From the NCBI GenBank assembly GCA_023473585.1, contig JAMCYU010000009.1:19487-83486 (forward strand): a DNA stretch of 64,000 bases, given 5' to 3'. Below, one piece after another: positions 19,871-27,896 of this stretch. This stretch comes from Patescibacteria group bacterium. Its GTDB lineage: Bacteria; Patescibacteriota; Microgenomatia; JAMCYU01. Position 1 is the stretch's first letter; every line of letters begins with the position of its first letter. The translations under genes and the position numbers were made by a program. A model generated the notes under the pieces. The model did no database searches. It saw nothing but the letters and a program-made list of their open reading frames with translations, and was not told where the DNA came from.

Positions 19871-20530
19871 TCATTTTCCTTGAAACTTTCTTAATTCTTC
19901 TGTCTTTATAAATAAAGAGTCTTCTTCGCCGTTTATGTTCTTATGAAAAAATCTTGTGTAGTCTTTTAAATTAAGACCAGTTTCGGAAGAGACCACTGTG
20001 CCACTCAGGGATAGAGATTTCCCTCGACCAAGGAAAGAAAATCTTCTCTCTGTTTTTCCTAGCGGCAAAATATGATCACCATACTCAGGGGGAGCATAAG
20101 GGGACATCAGGTCAAATAAAATAGCCGTAACCAAAATGAAATTTCCATCCTCTGAAAGATAGGGAGATATATTTGACGACGGTTTTTGATAAATCCCTGA
20201 GACTAATGGGAAAAAGTCCCGCTTTCCGTATTGCCGATGACATCTCTCATAAAAAATATCTATAACAGAAAGAGGATCCGGACCGCCTCGTTCATCTCTT
20301 CGAATCAGTAAAGTTTTTCCATCCTGCGAGATAGCAAAAACTGTTATTTTGGCTCTTTCGTAAAATTCTTGTTCCCGGGCTTCCTCTCTTACGTCTTTTA
20401 GCAACTCCTGAAAAGACTTCCCTGGCAACTCTTGACGATTCTCTTGACCATAAATATAAATGGCACGTCTCAAAGAATCTTTTGAACCACGTAGTACCAA
20501 AAATCTTTCTATTGACTCTTTAATTCCCAT
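19871..20530 (-). CDS. hypothetical protein (219 aa)
   Basis: Clean ORF with no recognised motif. Confidence 0.45.
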   Translation of the reverse strand: MGIKESIERFLVLRGSKDSLRRAIYIYGQENRQELPGKSFQELLKDVREEAREQEFYERAKITVFAISQDGKTLLIRRDERGGPDPLSVIDIFYERCHRQYGKRDFFPLVSGIYQKPSSNISPYLSEDGNFILVTAILFDLMSPYAPPEYGDHILPLGKTERRFSFLGRGKSLSLSGTVVSSETGLNLKDYTRFFHKNINGEEDSLFIKTEELRKFQGK

Positions 20531-20618
20531 ATTCCACCTATCCTATAGCATAATCTGGGTAGATTTGTCAAGTTTTAGGCCGTAGAATCAACCGAATATT
20601 TGTCATGGGAAAATGGGA

Positions 20619-21098
20619 TTAGACGAACTTTAAAGCTTCCAAAAACCAGGGGCTAACGCGATAGTTATTTAAATCTTCTTTTTTAACCCAGGCAATTTCG
20701 CTGATTTCTTTTTTTTGGGGAAAAGCTACATTGCTTTTGGCCTCAAGTAAATGACAAAACTCATACTCTACTCCCTCTTCACCCCATTTAGTCTGATAAA
20801 TAAAATGAGCCAGGTATTTTAAAGGAATTTTTTCTATCCCCAGCTCTTGTTTAAGAGCCCTGGCCGCGGCTTCGGTAACTTTCTCCCGAGGAAAAACATG
20901 AGTCGCGACCGTCCCGTCCCAAATTCCCGGCCAGAGGGTTTTTTCTAAAGACCGGCGGGCCAAAAGGATTTGCCCCCGATCGTTTTTGACGATCACCAGA
21001 ATCGCCCTATGGAGTTTACCGGGGATTTTATGAGTCTCCTCCCTTTCGGCGAAACCTACTTCTTTGTCTTCCTTATCAACTAAAATTAAAGTCTGCAT
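20619..21098 (-). CDS. NUDIX hydrolase (isopentenyl-diphosphate isomerase-like fold)
   Basis: Nudix box region REKVTEAAARALKQELGIE. LHRAILV is similar to Idi, but the Idi catalytic Cys is not evident. Confidence 0.65.
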   Translation of the reverse strand: MQTLILVDKEDKEVGFAEREETHKIPGKLHRAILVIVKNDRGQILLARRSLEKTLWPGIWDGTVATHVFPREKVTEAAARALKQELGIEKIPLKYLAHFIYQTKWGEEGVEYEFCHLLEAKSNVAFPQKKEISEIAWVKKEDLNNYRVSPWFLEALKFV

Positions 21099-21105
21099 AA
21101 AAAAG

Positions 21106-21177
21106 TGGGCCCGCTTGGGGACGATCCAAGCACCTGTTGTTTATAAGACAACCGCTCTTCCGCTGAGCTACGGGCCC
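21106..21177 (-). tRNA. tRNA-Ile (UAU)
   Basis: The reverse complement folds as GGGCCCG acceptor, GCUC-AGCGGAA-GAGC D-arm, anticodon stem GUUGU/ACAAC with loop CUUAUAA (anticodon UAU), and T-arm CUUGG-AUCGUCC-CCAAG. Confidence 0.75.
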
Positions 21178-21212
21178 AAATTTATTAAGTTAGAACGCGC
21201 GGTGAGATTATA

Positions 21213-23561
21213 TCACAGCCTGGATCTTTGGGCGATTTCCGCCTCGATAAGCTCTTTGGGCTTGCCGTATTTTAAAGCGGAGAGTTTTTTAATCGCCTCG
21301 GCGACCTTGTCATTTTTAGCTTTTTCCTCTGCGGCCAAATCTTTAGTCATATCAACGGAAAAAGGCGGAACGGCTTCCATATTAACAATCGTTCTGATAT
21401 AGGCGTTATAACGGTCAACGTTGATTAAATCAGCCTCGTTAAAAACCGGCTGGAATTCGTGCTGGATAAAATTGGCGTCTGTGACGCCAACCCGAAAGGC
21501 AATCAAGGTTCCGACGTTACCGAAAACGGCGTTTTTCACTTCCTCTTCCATTTGGCCGATAAATTGGTTGGCCACGGTAATGGCGAGATGATATTTTCTG
21601 GCTTCAGAAAGCATGGTGGCAAAATCAGGAGTGGCAAAATTTTGGAATTCATCAACATAAAGATAAAAATCACGCCGTTTTTCTTCAGAAACATCGGTCC
21701 TTGACATCGCCGCCATTAAAATCTTTGGCACAATAATCGTCCCTAAAAAGCTGGTATTCTCTTCACCGATCTTTCCCTTGGCCAAATTAACGAGAATGAT
21801 TTTCCCTTCATCCATCGCTTTACGAAAATCAAAAGCGGTTTTTGATTGTCCGATAATGTTTCTGATGAGTTTATTAGTGACGAACCGACCGAATTTGGAA
21901 ACGATATAATCCAAAACTTCGGATTTGTGGAAGTCAGCCGTTTGCGCAATTTGATCGGTCCAATACCGCCTCACCATCGGATCCTGAACTTTCGGCAAAA
22001 TTTCTTGAACAAAATTAGAATCGGTCAGACAACGAACAACTTCGACAAAAGTACTGCCCGGTTCGGCCATGACGGTTAAAATCGCATTTCTGATCGCGTG
22101 TTCAAATCTGGGCCCGATAATTCCGGTTTTATAAGGATCATAAAGTTTATACATGAGACCGATAATTGAAGTGGTCACCATGTGCTGCTGCTGTTCGGTA
22201 TAGGCCTCAATCATGTTCAGACCCAGCGGCCGTTCCGTGTCTGACGGGTCAAAATAGATAACGTCTTCGGCTCGCTCCGGCGGGATTAACGGCAAAATTT
22301 TGTCAATCGTATCGTGAGGATCAATAAAACAAACACCTTCGCCGTTTTTAATATCCTGTAAAATCATGGATTTTAAAAGCTCTGACTTGCCGACTCCGGT
22401 TTTCCCGATAATATAGATATGACGACTGCGATCTCCTTTTTCAATATAAACCGGTCTTTTGATCCCGCGGTAAACCGATTCGCCCAGGAAAAGACCGCTC
22501 GTTGAAATCTGCTGCGGCGCCGGGGCCTTTTTCGCGTTCAGCCAGAAGAGATGCGGTGTTTCGACTTGTTTATTGGGAAAATGGAAAATGGTCGCTAATT
22601 CTTCCGAATTTAAGATCCCGGTTTTCCCAAAAAAAGGTACGGAGATCGTCGGAAAATAACGATAAATAAAATCAATCATAAAAGATCTTTTACTGAAGAG
22701 TCTAGCCTTCTTAAAACTGTTTAAATCATTGGCAAATTGTTCAAAAACGGCCGTCAAATTCTGAAGATGAGCGCTCGCTTGTTCTTTCGTGGCCGAGGCC
22801 ACGACAAGACGAATACAGGTAGCAAAACCGGGCTTGCTGCATTTTTGTTCAATGGCCTCCAAAATTTTTTGGTCAACGGTAAATCGGGCCTTTTCCGGAT
22901 CCGCCTCCCGCCTTTTAATTTTACCGATATACCCTCGACCGATCGACTGCCATTTACTGTTAACCGGTGAAATTAAGATTTGGATCGCCGCCCCCTCCCC
23001 TTCTCCCATTTTCGCCAAAGCCGAAGTCATTAAAGATAAAGGGTCGGTCGGCAAATCCTTATAAATTTTTAAAGGATAATAATTGACGTTTTTAAGTTTT
23101 AAAGAAGCAAAAGCGACCTTGCCTTTTTCGCCGAAAAGATTATATTCCTCAACTTCCTTGATGTCGGCGCCGGGATAAGCACCGTTAATCTGTTTTTCGA
23201 CCAGGTCCTGAATGTTTTTCGGACAATGCACATAAAATCTGATGTCCTCGGGTAAACCGACAATTTCAAAAGAAAGATGTTCCTGAAGTTTTAAAAAAGA
23301 AAAAAAACCACTTTTAGTCAACGAGTGTAAGGAAGCAAACATCTGTTCGGCCGCATCAATTTTAATCTCATTGTCTTTAGGCAAGGCAATTTGCAGCAAA
23401 ACCGAGTTAAGCGCCCGCTCTTCCCGATGACGGTATTTCCATAAAAGGAAAATAAAGTAAAGAAGAATGACGAAACCTCCCAAGGCCAAAAGAGCGATGA
23501 CAAGACTAAATAAAAAAGCCTGGGCTTGAGTTAAAAACTCGTTAATCGCTTCCGTCTGCAT
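21213..23561 (-). CDS. membrane-anchored TraG/VirD4/TraD-family (type IV coupling protein-like) ATPase
   Basis: N-terminal TM helix, Walker A IIGKTGVGKS, and Walker B LYVDEFQNF followed by ARKYHLAITVANQFIGQ. The last resembles the T4CP DEF...R.yG...QS..Q signature. Confidence 0.5.
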   Translation of the reverse strand: MQTEAINEFLTQAQAFLFSLVIALLALGGFVILLYFIFLLWKYRHREERALNSVLLQIALPKDNEIKIDAAEQMFASLHSLTKSGFFSFLKLQEHLSFEIVGLPEDIRFYVHCPKNIQDLVEKQINGAYPGADIKEVEEYNLFGEKGKVAFASLKLKNVNYYPLKIYKDLPTDPLSLMTSALAKMGEGEGAAIQILISPVNSKWQSIGRGYIGKIKRREADPEKARFTVDQKILEAIEQKCSKPGFATCIRLVVASATKEQASAHLQNLTAVFEQFANDLNSFKKARLFSKRSFMIDFIYRYFPTISVPFFGKTGILNSEELATIFHFPNKQVETPHLFWLNAKKAPAPQQISTSGLFLGESVYRGIKRPVYIEKGDRSRHIYIIGKTGVGKSELLKSMILQDIKNGEGVCFIDPHDTIDKILPLIPPERAEDVIYFDPSDTERPLGLNMIEAYTEQQQHMVTTSIIGLMYKLYDPYKTGIIGPRFEHAIRNAILTVMAEPGSTFVEVVRCLTDSNFVQEILPKVQDPMVRRYWTDQIAQTADFHKSEVLDYIVSKFGRFVTNKLIRNIIGQSKTAFDFRKAMDEGKIILVNLAKGKIGEENTSFLGTIIVPKILMAAMSRTDVSEEKRRDFYLYVDEFQNFATPDFATMLSEARKYHLAITVANQFIGQMEEEVKNAVFGNVGTLIAFRVGVTDANFIQHEFQPVFNEADLINVDRYNAYIRTIVNMEAVPPFSVDMTKDLAAEEKAKNDKVAEAIKKLSALKYGKPKELIEAEIAQRSRL

Positions 23562-23579
23562 AAATCTTAATGACCCTTT

Positions 23580-23999
23580 TTAGGTCTTGACCCTGACAAT
23601 TCGGCCGTTTTCTTTTTTTAACTTAATATGAACTTTTCTTAATTGTTTTAAACACCATTCGGCAAACCAACGCAAGTTGTCGGTAATTGGGGCTTTCCGG
23701 CTGCTTAAAATTTTTTCGTCAGCTAAGGGAAGATTCACCGATGATAAATTTACCGATAAATCCGCTCCGGTTTGAGTCACTCCCATTTTCGGCAGGGGCG
23801 GCGGCAGTTCAATTTCTTCCTGACGGATTTCGACAACTTTTTTGATTTCCGGTGTCAACTCAATTTCTTGTCTGACCGCTTCTAAAGAAGCTTCATCTTG
23901 TCTTATAAGAGTTTCTTTTTCTTTGGTTCCTAAGGAACCAGAATAAGAACTTGTTGTTTGATCAATTTTTTTATTAAGAGGATCGGGCAGACTGCTCAT
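23580..23999 (-). CDS. hypothetical protein (139 aa)
   Basis: Lies 18 nt upstream of the ATPase gene and is probably co-transcribed with it. Confidence 0.4.
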   Translation of the reverse strand: MSSLPDPLNKKIDQTTSSYSGSLGTKEKETLIRQDEASLEAVRQEIELTPEIKKVVEIRQEEIELPPPLPKMGVTQTGADLSVNLSSVNLPLADEKILSSRKAPITDNLRWFAEWCLKQLRKVHIKLKKENGRIVRVKT

Positions 24000-24111
24000 C
24001 TTGCCTTAATTCTAACAACTTTTGAGGTTTTTCTCAACTAATTTAACTTCCTTTACAATCTCCCCTTCTTTGACCCCGGCCAAATGTTTAGGGATTAAAT
24101 CGGGAAAAACC

Positions 24112-24672
24112 CTAGCGGCGAAATAGGAAGTTGAGATTCCTAGATTTTGAGGCATAAAAGGATTTTACCATTTCGACGATACCAAAAGAAACCGGCACGA
24201 AGAACAAATTGCCCAAAAGATTAAGTTTTAAGAAGGGCAAACCCATAAGATAAGACTCAATTAAACCCGCCAGTGTTTTTGGATACATCCCCCAGCTGTC
24301 TAAAGCCCAAACCCCGAAATTGGTCCAAAGAAAAAACCACAGTGCCGCTCCTATTCCTAACCCCGTGGCTTTTGGTATCAGGTATTTGGTATTAAGTATT
24401 AAGTATTTGGAACCAACTAGTCCAATGACTAAGTAAGCCGACCAGGTAAAAAGAAAAATATTGGTGTTGCCGATTAACGTGTCTGACAAAACCATGATCG
24501 CTAAGGGCACTAAAATGGCGTATTTTTTCCCTAAATAAGCTCCGGCCAAAAGCGAGGCGGCCGTAACGTATTCGATATTCGGCGCAATATGACCAATGGT
24601 TCTAAAGAAAAGACCTAAAAAAACCAAAAGGATTGTCCAGAAAATTTTACGTTTAAGTTTAAACATTAGCAA
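24112..24672 (-). CDS. small polytopic membrane protein, ECF-transporter S-component-like (possible cobalamin permease)
   Basis: 186 aa with 5-6 TM segments. It is the last gene of the riboswitch-controlled gene string. Confidence 0.4.
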   Translation of the reverse strand: MLMFKLKRKIFWTILLVFLGLFFRTIGHIAPNIEYVTAASLLAGAYLGKKYAILVPLAIMVLSDTLIGNTNIFLFTWSAYLVIGLVGSKYLILNTKYLIPKATGLGIGAALWFFLWTNFGVWALDSWGMYPKTLAGLIESYLMGLPFLKLNLLGNLFFVPVSFGIVEMVKSFYASKSRNLNFLFRR

Positions 24673-24679
24673 TTAAAAA

Positions 24680-25093
24680 TTAAAAATTTGGTTTTATGTA
24701 TTTCCACTCTATTATATCACCATTTTTCAATTCGTATTTGTCAGCCGCAACTTCCGCCGATTTCCCGTTAATAAAATAGATCCAGGCTTTTTCCTTGGTG
24801 TTTTCTACTCCGCCAATTCCTTCCACGAAAACCCCGAAATCATATTGCTTTGTTTTTAAATCAAGATTTTCTTGTTTGGCCAAATTTTGCAGAGCCTCAA
24901 GGGCCGTTTTGGCCGAAACCGTGGCTTCTTTCCTTGTTTCTTCATTTTCGATAACTATCTGTGTTTGTAACTTAGGTTGTTCCACCTTAACTTGCGGCGC
25001 CGGGGTTGGACTTGGTCTTTTCTCTAAAATCACCAAAGTTCCCAATCCCCCCAATATTCCCAGACTAATTAGCAAAAGCAAATACTTGCGCAT
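24680..25093 (-). CDS. secreted DUF4430-like protein (transcobalamin-like B12-binding fold candidate)
   Basis: Signal peptide MRKYLLLLISLGILGG. C-terminal GDIIEWKY resembles DUF4430, which often accompanies B12 uptake genes. Confidence 0.4.
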   Translation of the reverse strand: MRKYLLLLISLGILGGLGTLVILEKRPSPTPAPQVKVEQPKLQTQIVIENEETRKEATVSAKTALEALQNLAKQENLDLKTKQYDFGVFVEGIGGVENTKEKAWIYFINGKSAEVAADKYELKNGDIIEWKYIKPNF

Positions 25094-27038
25094 AATTTCC
25101 CCTTTCTTGCAATAATGAGAAATAATACTCTATCTCCTGAAAATCTTCAAGATCCCCTGAAGTTTCTGTTAAATCATCTGCTGGCCCGTCTGCATTCATC
25201 AGACTTATCCGCCGCTGCCATAAGAAATCTTCTCCTAGTTTTTCCTTAACCAATTTTCTTAAGAAATGTAATAAAGAATAAAGTCTTTGGTTTTGGTCTT
25301 TAGGAAACTCTAGCTCTAAAATATCCGAAAACGTAACTTCGGTCGACTGGCTAACCCAAATCAGTTTTTGAATCTCCGAACGGACCCCAACAACGTCAGG
25401 TTTTGCCGAAGACAAATCTAAAGATGGTCTCACTACCAGTCTTTTTATGGCCAAAACCTTGACCTTTTTTCCAACTGCCGGTTTATCCGGTTCTTCACTT
25501 CTGTCTTCTGTCTTAATTTTGGGCCGAACAGCTGTCTGTTCATTTAATACAGGCTGATCATAAAATTGTAACCCTGGTTTAACTGGCAACATCTTTCCCA
25601 TCTCATCTTCGTCAATTATTTCTGCTTCTACTTCCAGTATCTTGCCGATTTGGTTATCCGCCGTCGCAGAAATTTTTACCAAAGGCATGGTGATTGTTTC
25701 TCTGGCCGTTTCGCAAACTATCTGGTCTTCCTGTCCTACTTTGATTTGTGGTTTAAATATAGGTATCTCTTTAAAATTCACCGGTCTTTCCATCATGAGA
25801 TTTTTTTGCTCGACTACTTGTCCCCTGGAGGATTGACTCTCATATATCAACACATAAGAACACTCTGCTAGGGGTTGATAGGGAGCTACTTGTGGGATAA
25901 TTACTTCTACCTGTTCCCGCACGCGGTCAAATATTTGGATATTTGGATATGGTTTAATCATGTCCCTTTCCGCTGGCGCGATAAATTCAACGGCGGGCAG
26001 TACTCCTGTTTTAGGAAACAGTTCATTAATCTGCACATTATTGGGCAAAGATAAAATCTTAAACATAGAAGCTGATTCAGATAAAACGTGACTAACAGGA
26101 TTATCATTATCGTTTGCTACAATGTTACATAGCACTGTAGTAAGAGGTGTAACCCCATGAATTAATGGCAATGATGGGGATGGCAAGGAAACGGCCAATA
26201 AAAGAGGCACGACTGGAAGGATTGGGACTATGGGTATCTGTCTGTCTGAGAAATTATTCTGTGTCTCGCTTTTGCAGGTAGATCCGCAAGTTCTCTCTTG
26301 CGAAACTGACTGACACGCGCCTAGTGAAATTTGTATCGTTGGTGTTTCTCCTAGTCTTTGAAGATGAAATTTGTTTCTTTCCTCCAAAAAATTTCCCTGA
26401 AAATCGATATTTCTGACGTGTCCTTTGACAACCATGAATAAGACTAAATCTCGCTGTTTATCTAAATTAATCAACTGGGATTCATCCGTTAAAAAATCAC
26501 CAAGAAGGCTTCTGGCGGTATTCTCCGTCGTTGGCGGCAAGAGTTTTGATTTAAATTGAAATTCGTTGTCTGTTCTTGTCACTTTAGAAACCGCCGCGCC
26601 GTCATTAATATCGATACCGCAAGGACTGAAAAAAATAAGGCTTTCTCCGTTTTTTAGAGAAAAAACAGCTCTTTGCACACCTTCAAATTGCTTAATTTGT
26701 CCAAGTGCCACTCGCCATTTAAGGCTTCGAATTTCCCCAGAATCTCTTTTGTCATTTTGCACAAAAGCCGCATAGCGTTTCATCGAATCAATCATCGCCA
26801 GGCCGGTCTCGCCTTTGCTATCGACCAAAGCCGGCTCACCGTGTCTGTCTTGACCCCAACGGTAAGTCGTTTGCCAATAGGCCCGGTGAGGATTTCCTTT
26901 TTCATTATTGGCGCTTCTGCGATTTTGCACCAAACCAAACATTCTCCCAGGAAGACTTAAGGGATCTCTCTTGAGAGAATCAACAATACCGACTATTTCC
27001 GCCCTGACATCAAAGATTGGTCTTTCGACTTTGGCCAT
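25065..27038 (-). CDS. hypothetical protein (657 aa) under cobalamin-riboswitch control
   Basis: Uninterrupted 1974-nt ORF in an AT-rich genome with no plus-strand alternative. It starts immediately after the riboswitch terminator. No known domain recognised. Confidence 0.6.
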   Translation of the reverse strand: MAKVERPIFDVRAEIVGIVDSLKRDPLSLPGRMFGLVQNRRSANNEKGNPHRAYWQTTYRWGQDRHGEPALVDSKGETGLAMIDSMKRYAAFVQNDKRDSGEIRSLKWRVALGQIKQFEGVQRAVFSLKNGESLIFFSPCGIDINDGAAVSKVTRTDNEFQFKSKLLPPTTENTARSLLGDFLTDESQLINLDKQRDLVLFMVVKGHVRNIDFQGNFLEERNKFHLQRLGETPTIQISLGACQSVSQERTCGSTCKSETQNNFSDRQIPIVPILPVVPLLLAVSLPSPSLPLIHGVTPLTTVLCNIVANDNDNPVSHVLSESASMFKILSLPNNVQINELFPKTGVLPAVEFIAPAERDMIKPYPNIQIFDRVREQVEVIIPQVAPYQPLAECSYVLIYESQSSRGQVVEQKNLMMERPVNFKEIPIFKPQIKVGQEDQIVCETARETITMPLVKISATADNQIGKILEVEAEIIDEDEMGKMLPVKPGLQFYDQPVLNEQTAVRPKIKTEDRSEEPDKPAVGKKVKVLAIKRLVVRPSLDLSSAKPDVVGVRSEIQKLIWVSQSTEVTFSDILELEFPKDQNQRLYSLLHFLRKLVKEKLGEDFLWQRRISLMNADGPADDLTETSGDLEDFQEIEYYFSLLQERGNYAQVFAFAN

Positions 27039-27071
27039 AAAAAAACCCTCTCGTTTTTTCTCTCGAGAAGG
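27039..27071 (-). terminator. riboswitch expression-platform terminator/SD sequester
   Basis: On the minus strand, CCUUCUCG-AGAGAAAAAA-CGAGAGGG hairpin (8 bp), then UUUUUUU, then AUG. The only SD-like GAGGG lies inside the 3' stem. An alternative pairing partner CUCUCGAG sits upstream. Confidence 0.55.
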
Positions 27072-27254
27072 TTAAGCGAATTAATGGAAAATTACTCCAC
27101 TGATTCTTAATTTCTGATATTTAACGCTACCCTTGCTCGAGAGATAACCTTAAGACGGTTCCCGGCTCTGGCTCGCCGAAGCTTTAGCGAAGGCGGCCTT
27201 TTACGGTTGCGGCACAGTCCTTGATTCACACAAGGTTCCCGTAACCTTAAGGAT
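27046..27254 (-). ncRNA. cobalamin (AdoCbl) riboswitch
   Basis: Minus-strand RNA reads ACGGGAACCUUGUGUGAAUCAAGGACUGUGCCGCAACCGUAAAAGG...GAGCCAGAGCCGGGAACCG. This matches the RF00174 core (AGGGAA..GGUGnAAnUCC..CnG..CCCGCcACUGUAA and the B12-box-like GCCAG...CCGGGAA). Confidence 0.65.
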
Positions 27255-27260
27255 AATTAA

Positions 27261-27288
27261 AGTCTAACAAAATAAATTTTTTTGTCAA
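27261..27288 (-). promoter_or_regulatory. promoter of the riboswitch transcript (TTGACA-16-TAGACT)
   Basis: Perfect -35 with a weaker -10, located between the cobO-like stop and the riboswitch. Confidence 0.4.
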
Positions 27289-27291
27289 TCA

Positions 27292-27828
27292 TCAATAATC
27301 AATTCCCTTGCGGGCTTTTTCGCCTTTTTGAAAAGGATGGCTGACTTCGGTGAATTCTGTTACCAGATCCGCTTTTCTAATAATTTCCGGACAAGCGAAC
27401 CTGCCGGTTAAAACCAAATCAAGCTTTTTGGGTTTATCATTTATTATTTGTAACACATCCTCTAATTTAATGAGCCCGAATTTTACCGCCACATTGATTT
27501 CGTCTAAAATAATAAGCTCATACTTACTACTTAATACTTGATACTTACTACTTTCAAGCGCCTTCTTGGCTTCTTTGTAATCAACCGGTTTTAATCGTTT
27601 TGGGTTGACAAAATCTTTAGTTCCGTATTGCTCAACGTCAATTTGAAATTTGAAATTTGAAATTTGAAATTTTTTTTGTATCTCATACAGCGCTTTTACT
27701 TCTCCGCTAACCTGTTTTTTAAGGAATTGAATGACGAGTACTTTCTTCCCCCATCCCGCCGCCCGCAACGCCAAACCCAAGGCTGCGGTTGTCTTGCCTT
27801 TGCCATTGCCGGTATAAACGATAATCAT
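27292..27828 (-). CDS. cobO: cob(I)yrinic acid a,c-diamide / cob(I)alamin adenosyltransferase (CobO/BtuR type)
   Basis: IIVYTGNGKGKTTAALGLALRAAGWGKKVLVIQFLK P-loop, diagnostic of CobA/CobO/BtuR. The protein also contains low-complexity inserts from micro tandem repeats. Confidence 0.75.
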   Translation of the reverse strand: MIIVYTGNGKGKTTAALGLALRAAGWGKKVLVIQFLKKQVSGEVKALYEIQKKFQISNFKFQIDVEQYGTKDFVNPKRLKPVDYKEAKKALESSKYQVLSSKYELIILDEINVAVKFGLIKLEDVLQIINDKPKKLDLVLTGRFACPEIIRKADLVTEFTEVSHPFQKGEKARKGIDY

Positions 27829-27840
27829 AATAATTAGAAA

Positions 27841-27896
27841 TTAGATATTAGTAATTAGGAATTAGTAACTTTTCCTTAATTAGCTAATTACTTTCC
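27841..27896. repeat. tandem heptamer array (ATTAGNN x5) in the cobO upstream region
   Basis: attagaa attagat attagta attagga attagta, followed by ttaattagctaattac. Confidence 0.5.

Noticed and set aside
27640-27667. Short tandem repeats as CRISPR array candidates
   Set aside because: Units are only 7-12 nt with no spacers. They lie inside well-defined CDSs (cobO, nrdG), and no cas genes are present.
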